A stretch of 64,000 nucleotides of DNA from an uncultured Clostridia bacterium (GTDB lineage: Bacteria; Bacillota; Clostridia; Tissierellales; DATGTQ01): positions 2,025 to 66,024 of the forward strand of contig CAYUTQ010000009.1 of NCBI GenBank assembly GCA_964447805.1, given 5' to 3'. This document shows, in pieces, positions 22,801 through 32,903 of the stretch. A program made the position numbers and the translations under genes. The stretch's first letter is position 1. Each line of letters begins with the position of its first letter. Under the pieces are notes generated by a model. It had not been told where the DNA came from, did not search any database, and was given only the letters and a program-made list of their open reading frames with translations.

Positions 22801-25420
22801 GGGTATATATATATGCAGTAAAAATAACATGGCTTATGAAGATGTAGCATTGTTTTATAAATGGGCTAATTTAATAATAGATTGTGAAGAAGGTTTCGAA
22901 AAAGAAGAAAAAGTTAAAGAAAATATTCCCAATAAAAAATTCACCTCAGGGTCTAAAAATTATCCAACTACTGAACTAGAATTGGAATTGGAAAAATTCA
23001 ATGGTTATGGAGGATATTCACAGGATGGTAAGGAGTATATTATTAAATTAACTGAGGAAGTTAATACACCTCTTCCTTGGATTAATGTTATTGGAAATAA
23101 AAAATTTGGATTTATAGTATCAGAACAAGGAACTGGATTTAGTTGGTCATACAATAGTAGAGAAAACAAACTTACTCCTTGGTTCAATGATCCAATAAGC
23201 GATATTTCAGAAGAGATAATATATATAAGAGATGATGATACAGGTGAAGTGTGGGCAATTACTCCTTGGCCTGTAAGGAATGAGGAAGCTTATGTCATTT
23301 CTCATGGATTTGGTTATACACATTTTTATCATAATAGCAAAGGTTTTGAACAAAAGCTTACTATGTTTGTACCTAAAGATGATAATATCAAGATAAATTT
23401 GTTAAAGTTTAAGAATATTTCTGGTTTTGAAAGAAAACTTACTATATTTTATTATGTGAGACCTGTATTAGGGGTGACAGATGAAGAGACAGAAATGTTT
23501 ATAGAAACTAGTATGAGTGATGAAGAAACAATGTTAGCTAAAAACTCAACCAATACTCAGTTTAAAGATAGTACAATATTTGTTGGGACTTCTGAAAAAA
23601 TAAAAAGCTATACAGGAGATAGAATTGAATTTTTAGGTTTTAGTTCAACATTTAAGCATCCAGAGGGCACCAAGAAAGAGCGATTATCAAATAGAGTAGG
23701 ATTAGGTCTCAACCCCTGTTGTGCTATAGAGGTACCTATGATTTTGCAAAATGGGGAAGAAAAAGAAATAGTATTTTTATTAGGAGAAAGTAGAGATGAA
23801 GTAGAAGGAAAAAATTTAATTATTAAATATAGAGATTTAGAATTTTCTAAAAGAACATTGAAAAAAATAAAAGAATTTTGGGAAGATATATTAGGTAAGA
23901 TAAAAATAGAAACTCCTGATAAATCTATGAACCTGCTTATGAACTATTGGTTAATGTATCAAACTATTATATCACGACTTTGGTCTAGAACAGGGTTTTA
24001 TCAAGTAGGAGGGGCATTTGGTGCAAGGGATCAAATGCAAGATAGTATAAATAGTATATATTTTTTACCAGAGGAAACCAAAAATCAAATTTTAAATAAT
24101 TGTAAACATCAATTTGTAGAAGGAGATGTACAACATTGGTGGCATCCAATTCCTGATGCGAAAGTTCATAAAGGTATAAGAAGTAAATGTTCTGATGATC
24201 TTTTATGGTTACCGTATGGAGTAAGTAAATATATAGAAGTGACAGGTGATTATAATATTCTTTATGAAAATGTACCTTTTATCGAAAGTAATATTCTTGA
24301 AGATGAAGAATATGAAAGATATGAGACTCCTACATTGTCAAAAGAAACAGGAACAATATATGAACATTGTATTAGGGCTATAGAAAAATCTTTAAAATTT
24401 GGTAAAAGAGGATTGCCCCTTATAGGAACAGGGGACTGGAATGATGGAATGAGTAGAGTTGGCTACAAAGGAGAAGGAGAAAGTATTTGGTTAGGTTGGT
24501 TTTTAGGAACAGTTTTACAAAAATTCATATTAATATGTGAAAAAACAGGTGATATTGAAAGAAAAGAAAGGTATGAAGAAATAATTAATAAATTAAAAAA
24601 TGCCATTGAAAAAAATGGTTGGGATGGAGAATGGTATTTAAGAGCTTATTTTGATGATGATACACCTTTGGGTTCTAAAAAAAGTAGAGAGTGTATTATT
24701 GATTCAATAGCTCAATCATGGGCAGTTATTTCAACTTTAGGTGATGAAGAAAGATCTAAAATTGCTATGAATTCAGTTGAAAAGTATTTAGTAAACGAAG
24801 AAGAAGGTATAATAAAACTACTTTCACCACCTTTTGATGAAAGTGAACCAGATCCAGGATATATAAAAAGTTATGTACCAGGTGTTAGAGAAAATGGTGG
24901 ACAATATACTCATGCTGCAACTTGGGTTATAAATGCATTTGCTCTTTTAGGTGATGGAAATAAGGCTTGTGAGTTATTTAGTTTAATAAATCCTATAAAC
25001 CATACAAGAACTAAAATCGAATGTACAACTTATAAAGTTGAACCTTATGTGATGGCAGCTGATGTATATACTACACCTTCTATATTAGGCAGAGGAGGAT
25101 GGACTTGGTATACAGGTTCTTCTGGATGGATGTATAGAGTAGGTTTGGAGAATATATTAGGATTTAAAAAAGAAGGGAATAAGTTATTTATAAATCCATG
25201 TATTACGAAAGAATGGGAAAGCTATAGTATAAGATATCGATTTATGGAAACTGAATATAATATTGAAGTAAAAAATCCTTATAGGATAAATAGGGGAGTT
25301 AATTATATAAAACTGGATGGTGAAATATTAAAATCAAATTATGTATCACTTGTAAATGATAAAAAACAGCATTTTATAGAGGTAGTTTTAGGTAGTTACA
25401 AAGAAAACCTCATTCCTTAA
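16895..25420 (+). CDS. Cyclic beta-1,2-glucan synthase-like multidomain enzyme (Cgs/ChvB/NdvB architecture: TM, GT84, TM, cyclization-type domain, GH94)
   Basis: 2841 aa. GT motifs are LDGDTQLP (about aa 625), SHDLLEG and QHRWVRGDWQ (about aa 770). TM blocks lie at about aa 400-470 and 790-960. Glucoamylase-like motifs are STVDSGNF (about aa 1097) and ISESGFFAFD. The GH94-like C-terminus carries PLPWINVIGN, GDWNDGM (about aa 2514) and RENGGQYTHAATW. Confidence 0.85.
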   Translation: MYLKFIILAFLVSFLAGYIVLSLRKEKDKEFLEVKDVLLTPDELISHGRELGRLHYIDKKKNVKKLLLYRLDKNFAVIEDIYLKFNKDINNGMSLPRAAEWILDNFYIIELQYKRARRSIESEKELVLNTLKSGPLKGYPRIYAIVLDLVAHSEGVVTEGNLISFIDSYQKEKVLTIREVSSLSLMLNIALLEYIKSIVILIEEIQKNWREAEKINLSILLETDTIVNNIFKADTSYIEHLLRRIKSEREDYNNIISFIDKKLNYLGTDINSVLEKEYKKQGSIKISIGNGITSLKSISNLNWEDIFEQLCLVERILKKDPANIYDKMDSQSRNYYRYQVEKLTKVLKTEEAYISSKALEFAKIKAAEGKNDKSSHIGYYIVDKGRDKIFENLGYNNSKNGIYYKHIDIYTIPIIFLTLFTAFLFCRYVFLKSNFWLSLLVGVVILIPISNISIILVNFIYSKLINPVLLPKLELKEEIPEELSTIVVMPTLLFNEERVEELCEKLEIYYLANKEENLYFSIIGDFKDGPDEVSKEDRKIIEKGLECIEKLNRKYSKGHNIFYFFHRKRVYSGNEKRWMGWERKRGALIEFNSLILGDDNTTFNVISSDISLLREKIKYVITLDGDTQLPLDTAKKLIGTISHPLNRPIFDEDKNIVIEGYGLIQPRIIIDIESGNKSLFTRIYAGQGGIDPYTTAVSDIYQDLFGEGIFVGKGIYQLDVFQKCLKDSIPENTILSHDLLEGSFVRVGLATDIELVDGYPEKYNSYIMRQHRWVRGDWQLIKWLGRKKTILSKLSKWKIFDNLRRSLISISLTLLIILGLIFFPGNVMYWMSLALSTIFFPFLLSVIDVIFFNGMKFDRWKLNGNIITGPTGYLYQGILYFMFLPYEGYIMADAILRTLYRVFISKKNLLQWTTAFEIEKNLGNSLINYFRRMSKNIVVAFLTIILTYFIHYENIILAGLIGTLWIVAPYFAYLISKEEIEYVKLDFQNIRTLRRIGRKTWDYYEKYTDEKNNFLPPDNYQEYPYNGLAYRTSPTNIGFYLMAVLSARDFGYITTTQMINLINRTLQTIRKMEKWNGHLYNWYNTTTLKPLRPYFVSTVDSGNFVSYLITLKEGIEEYLYKPLIDKVFLEGIKDTIELIENREIQMVLVDEGLDSIEDLSMCKINNLIVKANRAKKDKKDKWIEETIIQLYNLKEVYEKYFPNDEINKKSCGDIKYSFSAIELEIYYDEVLSFLEDNELELEINKLNINVKNLISDMKMAIVEIEELIKETKFAPLYDFKKDLFSVGYNVQDKVLLNSYYDLLASEARITSYIAISRREVPKEHWFKLGRPLIIKKGYRSLASWSGTMFEYLMPSLVMKNFKNTLLDESYKTVIKLQRSYCKRNKIPWGISESGFFAFDSNLNYQYKAFGVPYLGFKRGLKEDLVVSPYATFLVLPFEQEKVLENIHSLIYEGLEGEYGFYEAIDYTKKRLPIDMGKAVVKSYMTHHQGMIITAINNVLNNNIMIQRFHNYSQMKCGELLLQEKVPINIIVAKEKENLQDTNQEEFKDEGVVVRSFNKNSLNTLKCHILSSGDYSTMLTNRGEGYSKKNDIFINRWRKDIFSREYGMFIYIKNLKNNTYWSTTYKPTNKIPDDYRVKFSSDKATFYRTDGLIETKMEVVLLSEEDGEIRKVTITNNSSEEALIDVTSYFEVVGDRYESDLAHPVFNNLFVRTMKLEDYEAVLAHRRTKEGEQKKVWITHSVKDFQENTTGFQCETNRVNFVGRCRDLSNPIGLEKGLSNTTGVVLDPILSLNKRLRIKGGGSSEIYFVTSINESKKDAYKIIQRYQDKLSFSRAFNLAYTRSQTEISYLNFKPTQIKMFDNMLSSLLFLNTANKTKYKSILKDSMKGQEGLWAYGISGDNPIVLVTIKTMEGIDVLKEMLKAHEYWFFKGLRVDLIVLNGDESSYYQPLLERINEVIYEYRGNVVETPGGIYICSKNNMAYEDVALFYKWANLIIDCEEGFEKEEKVKENIPNKKFTSGSKNYPTTELELELEKFNGYGGYSQDGKEYIIKLTEEVNTPLPWINVIGNKKFGFIVSEQGTGFSWSYNSRENKLTPWFNDPISDISEEIIYIRDDDTGEVWAITPWPVRNEEAYVISHGFGYTHFYHNSKGFEQKLTMFVPKDDNIKINLLKFKNISGFERKLTIFYYVRPVLGVTDEETEMFIETSMSDEETMLAKNSTNTQFKDSTIFVGTSEKIKSYTGDRIEFLGFSSTFKHPEGTKKERLSNRVGLGLNPCCAIEVPMILQNGEEKEIVFLLGESRDEVEGKNLIIKYRDLEFSKRTLKKIKEFWEDILGKIKIETPDKSMNLLMNYWLMYQTIISRLWSRTGFYQVGGAFGARDQMQDSINSIYFLPEETKNQILNNCKHQFVEGDVQHWWHPIPDAKVHKGIRSKCSDDLLWLPYGVSKYIEVTGDYNILYENVPFIESNILEDEEYERYETPTLSKETGTIYEHCIRAIEKSLKFGKRGLPLIGTGDWNDGMSRVGYKGEGESIWLGWFLGTVLQKFILICEKTGDIERKERYEEIINKLKNAIEKNGWDGEWYLRAYFDDDTPLGSKKSRECIIDSIAQSWAVISTLGDEERSKIAMNSVEKYLVNEEEGIIKLLSPPFDESEPDPGYIKSYVPGVRENGGQYTHAATWVINAFALLGDGNKACELFSLINPINHTRTKIECTTYKVEPYVMAADVYTTPSILGRGGWTWYTGSSGWMYRVGLENILGFKKEGNKLFINPCITKEWESYSIRYRFMETEYNIEVKNPYRINRGVNYIKLDGEILKSNYVSLVNDKKQHFIEVVLGSYKENLIP

Positions 25421-25445
25421 TATTATAAGGTATGAGGTTTTTTAT
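25404..25445. terminator. Bidirectional terminator between the glucan synthase gene and the convergent operon
   Basis: AAAACCTCAT pairs with ATGAGGTTTT and TTTAT follows. It overlaps the stop codon at 25418..25420. Confidence 0.65.
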
Positions 25446-25467
25446 ATAGGATATTAAAAAAACAATT

Positions 25468-26076
25468 TTAATCTTGCAAAGACGGTACAACTTTTTTATC
25501 ATAAATTGCTTTTAACTTTTTAAAGTCATCAGGATATTTTGAAGAATATTTATTTTTATATTCATTATATAAGAACTGTTTTACTTCATCCGTTGGATAT
25601 TTATCATTATTTATTATTGCTTTATAATATTCTATAGGGTTTTTATCATCTATTAAAGTTTTTAAGTGGGTAAAAAAGTCTAATTTATCATAAGAATTAG
25701 ATAATTCATAGTTACCTAGAGTTTTGGATATACTTTGTTCTTCCTCAGCTAAAGTTATTGCCTTTTTTAAATATTTTATAGATTCATCAATATCTTGTGT
25801 TAGATAAGAGATGCTTAAATTATGATATAAACCATATAAGTCAATATCGTGGCTATATGGAATTAATAATTCCATATATTGTATACCGCTTTTAAAGTCT
25901 AATTCACTTTCAGCAACATTACTTAATAAGAGTAATACATCTCTGTCGTCAGGTATTCTATCAAATAGAACAAGTAACATTTCTTTTGATTTATTATCGT
26001 GGTATTCTGTATAATATATATTTGCCAAATTAAGTAACTCGGGACAAGGAATATTTTTATAGTTTTCTACACCCAT
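25468..26076 (-). CDS. Hypothetical helical-repeat (TPR-like) protein, last gene of the ABC operon
   Basis: 202-aa ORF 44 nt downstream of the permease. It looks all-helical with repeat-like composition. No SD is evident and the family was not recognised. Confidence 0.5.
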   Translation of the reverse strand: MGVENYKNIPCPELLNLANIYYTEYHDNKSKEMLLVLFDRIPDDRDVLLLLSNVAESELDFKSGIQYMELLIPYSHDIDLYGLYHNLSISYLTQDIDESIKYLKKAITLAEEEQSISKTLGNYELSNSYDKLDFFTHLKTLIDDKNPIEYYKAIINNDKYPTDEVKQFLYNEYKNKYSSKYPDDFKKLKAIYDKKVVPSLQD

Positions 26077-26120
26077 ATCTTTTGTATTTTCAAAGATTTC
26101 GTTCCGTTCTTTTTCTTATA

Positions 26121-26897
26121 TTATAAATATTGATATTTGCTAAAAATAATAGTACTTATACATAAAAATAAGAACATATTTGAAAGGGCAGTAATTATAT
26201 CTAATAGGTGTTTATAATTGTAGCCAGTAAAATTACTATAATTGATATTTGATAATACCATAAAAGTATAATTTAGTATTGTCATATTGGTATTTTTAAA
26301 ATGGTGGTACAATACAATTAGGAAAATTATAGCTATTATATAAATAAGGATTGATATTCCTTGTTTTTTGAAAACCAATCCAAGCATAAGAGAAAAAGCA
26401 ATAATTGTAGCAATATAGCATATAGTCATAATATTGTATTGTATTAAATTCAATGCAATATCTGTCAATGAAGTAATTTTATCATCAATATATATAGGGC
26501 CTTTACTAGAGACATAATATGATATTGCAGTATAAGAAATTACTGCTACAATATATGTTATTGTAATAGCTATAAATAATGAGAAAAATTTAGCTAGAAC
26601 AATAGCTGCTCTTGGGTATTTTGATGTAATTAAATTTTTTATAGGTTTATTTTTAAATTCTTTACATGTAAATATTAAAGTAAATATACCGACAAAAAGG
26701 GGTAATGTAAATTTATAATTAACATCATAGAAAATTGAGGAATTAGAATAAAAGTTATTTTCTCTAAAATTTGTATTTTTTAATGTCATTAGTGGTAATA
26801 AGAGTATTGTAATGAAGAATAAAAATAATATATATTTGCTTCTTCCCTTTCTTAATTTATAAAATTCAATTTTTATTAAGTTTCCCAAATTATTCAC
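26121..26897 (-). CDS. ABC-2-type transporter permease
   Basis: 258 aa with about 6 TM segments. It overlaps the upstream ATPase gene by 8 nt, consistent with translational coupling. Confidence 0.7.
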   Translation of the reverse strand: MNNLGNLIKIEFYKLRKGRSKYILFLFFITILLLPLMTLKNTNFRENNFYSNSSIFYDVNYKFTLPLFVGIFTLIFTCKEFKNKPIKNLITSKYPRAAIVLAKFFSLFIAITITYIVAVISYTAISYYVSSKGPIYIDDKITSLTDIALNLIQYNIMTICYIATIIAFSLMLGLVFKKQGISILIYIIAIIFLIVLYHHFKNTNMTILNYTFMVLSNINYSNFTGYNYKHLLDIITALSNMFLFLCISTIIFSKYQYL

Positions 26898-27774
26898 CTA
26901 CACTTTCATTACTTTCATCGAAGAAATTTTTAACATTATTTTCGTTTTTAATATTTCTTATGGAAATATTAAAATCAATACATTCTTTTAAAAAACTATT
27001 TAAATTTACACATTCAATTTTAATGGTTTTATCATTAACAAGTTTCACCATTTCTACTGATGAAAAATCTATTGTACTTTCAATAGGTTCATTTAATTCA
27101 ACAATATATTGTTGAGTTAATTTGTGAGAGTATGAGGTTGCAATTGTTCCATCCTTAAGAAAAAATATTTTATCAGAAATAGAATCCAATTCTTCTAATG
27201 TATTGCTTGAAATTAGAATAATTTTATCTTTTTTTAAAGTTAATAAAATATCATGTAATGCTCTAACTGATGTAACATCTAATGAATTTGTAGGTTCATC
27301 TAAAATAATAATATCTGGATCTGTGATTAAAGCCATTATTATGCCGACTTTTTGTTTCATTCCTGGTGAATATTTTTTTATTTTTTTATTCATAAAATTA
27401 TAAATATCAAATTTGGATATTAAATGATTGTACCAACTAAGCTCTTTTATATTATGAAGTCTTAACATTATTTCAAAATTTTGCTGAGCTGACAAATCTT
27501 CATAAAGATTAGGAGTTTCAATTAAAGAACCAATATTACTAATAAATCTATCTCTATTATCAGTGAAACTAATGCCGTTTATTTTTATGTTTCCAGAATT
27601 TACATTCCACAATCCAGCTAAAACTTTAAATAATGAACTTTTACCTGAATTTTTGGGACCTACGAAACCAGTAATTTCACCTCTTTCACAGTTAAAGCTA
27701 ATATTTTTTAAAATTTGTTTTCTAAATATATTTTTGTTTATTTTACAAATTTCTAATTTATTAATTGACATCAT
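26890..27774 (-). CDS. ABC transporter ATP-binding protein
   Basis: Walker A GPKNSGKSS, signature-like SPGMKQKV, Walker B IIILDEPTNSLD. GGGGGTGA is followed 8 nt later by ATGATG, which favours a start at 27774 over the track start at 27786. Confidence 0.85.
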   Translation of the reverse strand: MMSINKLEICKINKNIFRKQILKNISFNCERGEITGFVGPKNSGKSSLFKVLAGLWNVNSGNIKINGISFTDNRDRFISNIGSLIETPNLYEDLSAQQNFEIMLRLHNIKELSWYNHLISKFDIYNFMNKKIKKYSPGMKQKVGIIMALITDPDIIILDEPTNSLDVTSVRALHDILLTLKKDKIILISSNTLEELDSISDKIFFLKDGTIATSYSHKLTQQYIVELNEPIESTIDFSSVEMVKLVNDKTIKIECVNLNSFLKECIDFNISIRNIKNENNVKNFFDESNESVGE

Positions 27775-27981
27775 TTTTTCTTTCACCCCCTGAAAGAATT
27801 TATATTAATAAATATTATAACATATTATAACATATTTTAACAGCCGGTGCATATTTAGGTACATACTGTAAATAATACAGTATTTTTGAAAAAATTAAAG
27901 CATTGATTTTTGTTTAAATATGATGTAAAATTTTATAGGGAGCGACGTATATAATGTAAACAACTATTATGTCAGCTTATT

Positions 27982-27999
27982 TTGTTAAAAATTTAATAA
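27982..27999. promoter_or_regulatory. Rex-operator-like inverted repeat upstream of nfnAB
   Basis: TTGTTAAAAATTTAATAA compared with the clostridial Rex consensus TTGTTAA-N4-TTAACAA has one mismatch in the right half. The site lies about 120 nt upstream of the nfnA start. Confidence 0.4.
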
Positions 28000-28121
28000 A
28001 CTAGATTAGATTTAATTAGTAATATACTGGTGTACTACACTTTTTATTCGTTTTTAGGTAGCACATTTTAAAAATTAATTTATAGTTAAAATGAAAATAT
28101 TTATTGAAGGAGGATTAGGCA

Positions 28122-30390
<2,269 letters not shown>

Positions 30391-30404
30391 TTAAAATATT
30401 TTTT

Positions 30405-30440
30405 AAAAAAGCTAAAAACCAAAGTTTTTAGCTTTTTTAT
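30405..30440. terminator. Bidirectional terminator (nfnB / sdaAA convergent)
   Basis: AAAAGCTAAAAAC pairs with GTTTTTAGCTTTT, with T and A runs on both sides. Confidence 0.7.
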
Positions 30441-31300
30441 TTTCTATTTTTAAATTTTTCACCAGTAGGAGTAGCTGCAAGGCCTCCAAGAGCTGTTTCT
30501 TTTAACGAATAAGGAAGGGCTTTTCCTACTTTGTACATTGCTTCAACGACTTCATCAAAAGGCACTAAACTTTTAACGCCTGCTCTGGCTAAGTCTGCTG
30601 ATATAAAAGCATTTACAACTCCAGAAGCATTTCTTATATTACAAGGAAATTCTACAAGCCCAGCAATAGGGTCACAAACTAACCCCATAATATTGATAAT
30701 TGCGAGACTAGCAGCAGTTAAACTAGTTTCAGCATCACCACCTAACATTTCTACAATGGCAGCCGCTGCCATTGCACTAGCTACACCACATTCTGCTTGG
30801 CAACCTCCTTCAGCACCAGAAATAGTGGCATTTTTTGCTACAATTTGACCAATAGCTGCAGAAGTAAATAAGCCATTAATCATATCATTCTTAGTTAAAT
30901 TAAATTTTTCAGCTGTTGAAATAATAGCACTAGGTAATATACCTGAAGCCCCAGCAGTAGGAGCTGCAACTATTTTTCCCATAGAAGCATTTATTTCTGA
31001 AGTGGACAATGCTTTTGCCATAGCAGAATTAATAAAGTTTCCTGCTATTGTAGTGTTATTATTTTTATAATATTCAACTTTTTTGGCAGTCCCACCAGAA
31101 AGTCCACTGACAGAAACAATATCTTCATATAAACCTTTATTTGAAGATTCTATCATAACTTCTAAATTATATTTCATTTTGTCTATTACTTCCTGAGGTG
31201 TTTCTTCTGTGATTTCACATTCTTTCTCAATGACTATTTCAGATATTTTTTTATTTTTTTCCTTACATAATTTAATTAACTCTTCTCCTTTATTAAACAA
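30437..31300 (-). CDS. sdaAA: L-serine dehydratase, iron-sulfur-dependent, alpha subunit
   Basis: ISGAEGGCQAECGVASAMAA and CDPIAGLVEFPC motifs. The start is probably the TTG at 31300, 5 nt after AGAGGTGA; the GTG at 31309 sits inside that RBS. Confidence 0.85.
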   Translation of the reverse strand: MFNKGEELIKLCKEKNKKISEIVIEKECEITEETPQEVIDKMKYNLEVMIESSNKGLYEDIVSVSGLSGGTAKKVEYYKNNNTTIAGNFINSAMAKALSTSEINASMGKIVAAPTAGASGILPSAIISTAEKFNLTKNDMINGLFTSAAIGQIVAKNATISGAEGGCQAECGVASAMAAAAIVEMLGGDAETSLTAASLAIINIMGLVCDPIAGLVEFPCNIRNASGVVNAFISADLARAGVKSLVPFDEVVEAMYKVGKALPYSLKETALGGLAATPTGEKFKNRK

Positions 31301-31305
31301 AAATA

Positions 31306-31974
31306 TCACCTCTTGATAGAATTTATTCCTTTTATAGATATAATTTCATCTAAGTTGCTTATTGTCTTAATAACTGTATCATCAATTTTGCTATCTGTTT
31401 CCATGATCATTGTAGCAATTTTTCTATCTCTAGTAACTTTCATAGTACCTATATTAATATTTTGGTTAGAAAGAATAGTGCTTATTTTGCTAATTACTCC
31501 TTTTTTATCTTCATATTTTATAATAATAGTTGGATAATCTCCACTAAATTCTACTTCTGTACCGTTAATATTGGTTATTAGTATATTTCCTCCTCCAATA
31601 GAAGAACCAATGACATAAAAGTTAGTATTATTTTTCTTTTCAAATAATATTTTTACAGTATTAGGATGTTCATAACCTAAATCAGTTTCGATAAACTGTA
31701 TTTTAATGCCCATATTTTTTGCAAATTGAAAGGAGTTTTTTATTTTTTCATCAGAAGGGTTCATTCCTAGGACACCTGCCACTAAAGCCCTATCAGTACC
31801 GTGACCAGTATAGGTTTTAGCAAAGGAGCCATGTAGATAGAAAGTGACCTTATTAAAATCATCACCAGCAATTTCTCGAGCAATTTTTCCTAATCTAGCA
31901 GCTCCAGCAGTGTGAGAACTGGAAGGGCCTATCATTATTGGGCCTAATATATCAAAAATGCTATATTCTTTCAT
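31306..31974 (-). CDS. sdaAB: L-serine dehydratase, iron-sulfur-dependent, beta subunit (with ACT domain)
   Basis: FDILGPIMIGPSSSHTAGAARLG is followed by an ACT-like C-terminus. AAGGGGAG lies 6 nt before the ATG at 31974; the track start at 31995 is 7 codons upstream. Confidence 0.85.
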   Translation of the reverse strand: MKEYSIFDILGPIMIGPSSSHTAGAARLGKIAREIAGDDFNKVTFYLHGSFAKTYTGHGTDRALVAGVLGMNPSDEKIKNSFQFAKNMGIKIQFIETDLGYEHPNTVKILFEKKNNTNFYVIGSSIGGGNILITNINGTEVEFSGDYPTIIIKYEDKKGVISKISTILSNQNINIGTMKVTRDRKIATMIMETDSKIDDTVIKTISNLDEIISIKGINSIKR

Positions 31975-32053
31975 AAAATCTCCCCTTTTAGTCATGATAA
32001 TTAAATAGTAGCATTAAAATTAAATTAAGGCAATAAAAAAAGGAAGGTTATTT

Positions 32054-32695
32054 TTACCCTCCTAAAGTTATATCCTGAGTATGGTACCATTCTAGTGCAT
32101 GAAATAAGTGTTCTGGTTTAAAATCGGGCCAATAAGCATCAATAACATAAAAATCTGCATAAACTGATTGTATGGGAAGGAATCCACTTAATCTTCGTCT
32201 ACCTCCCCAGCGAATAATTAAATCAACTTGTGAAATATCTTTAGTTTTAATTTTTTCAAATATATGTTCCTTTTTATTGTCAATAAAACATTCCTTTAAA
32301 TCCCATTGCCATCCATAGTTAACTAGGAAGTTGATTTTAGTTCCACCATTTCCAAATATTTTTCTTTCATTAGTATATGGAATGAGTTTTCTTGGAAACA
32401 TAGTAGATTTTGTATTTCCTACAACTAATAATTCAGCATTTTCTTTAGACAACATTTCTACAGCATCTATACAGGCTTTTGTAAAAGCAAGTCTTTGAAT
32501 AGTTGGTCTTTTTGTATTATTTACTGTAAAACCATAATAGGTAATTTCTTTTATACCTATTTTTTCACATAATTTAAATAATTCTAAGCCTGGTTTTAGG
32601 CCAAAGTTATAACCTTCTTCTTTAGAAAAACCATTTTCCTTGGCCCATCTTCTATTTCCATCAGGAATAATACCTATATGTTCAGGAATTCTCAT
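32054..32695 (-). CDS. Divergent cis-prenyltransferase (UppS-family) paralogue
   Basis: IIPDGNRRWA, FTVNNTKRP and IRWGGRRRLSGFLPIQSVYADFYV align with the UppS motifs DGNxRWA, FSxENxxRP and IRTxGExRxSNFLxWQ but carry substitutions. At 213 aa it is shorter than typical UppS. Confidence 0.7.
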   Translation of the reverse strand: MRIPEHIGIIPDGNRRWAKENGFSKEEGYNFGLKPGLELFKLCEKIGIKEITYYGFTVNNTKRPTIQRLAFTKACIDAVEMLSKENAELLVVGNTKSTMFPRKLIPYTNERKIFGNGGTKINFLVNYGWQWDLKECFIDNKKEHIFEKIKTKDISQVDLIIRWGGRRRLSGFLPIQSVYADFYVIDAYWPDFKPEHLFHALEWYHTQDITLGG

Positions 32696-32755
32696 ATATT
32701 CACCTTCTTTCTATGAAAGATTAAGTATAGTGTTTCCAATTTTTGTTTTTAAATT

Positions 32756-32804
32756 CATTAATTAATATAAAATGAAAAAAATTTTCATTTTATATTAATT
32801 AATG
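32756..32804. repeat. Perfect palindrome with 23-nt arms in the promoter region of the cis-prenyltransferase gene
   Basis: CATTAATTAATATAAAATGAAAA (32756..32778), aaa, then TTTTCATTTTATATTAATTAATG (32782..32804). The arms are exact reverse complements. Confidence 0.8.
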
Positions 32805-32865
32805 AGAAGGAAAGATTAAATTAATGTCGAATACAAGAATGAGAACTGGAAGTATGGTTTTGGAA

Positions 32866-32903
32866 TAAAAAAAGAAGTCTTGATATAGAAAATCAAGACT
32901 TCT
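32866..32903 (-). terminator. Rho-independent terminator of the pspC-domain gene
   Basis: AGAAGTCTTGAT pairs with ATCAAGACTTCT, with a T-run on the minus strand. It overlaps the stop codon. Confidence 0.7.

Noticed and set aside
27864-27882. SOS (LexA) box interpretation of TACTGTAAATAATACAGTA
   Set aside because: It resembles the E. coli CTGT-N8-ACAG box but is 1 nt short, and Firmicute LexA recognises CGAAC-N4-GTTCG, which is absent. It is kept only as an unassigned palindrome.
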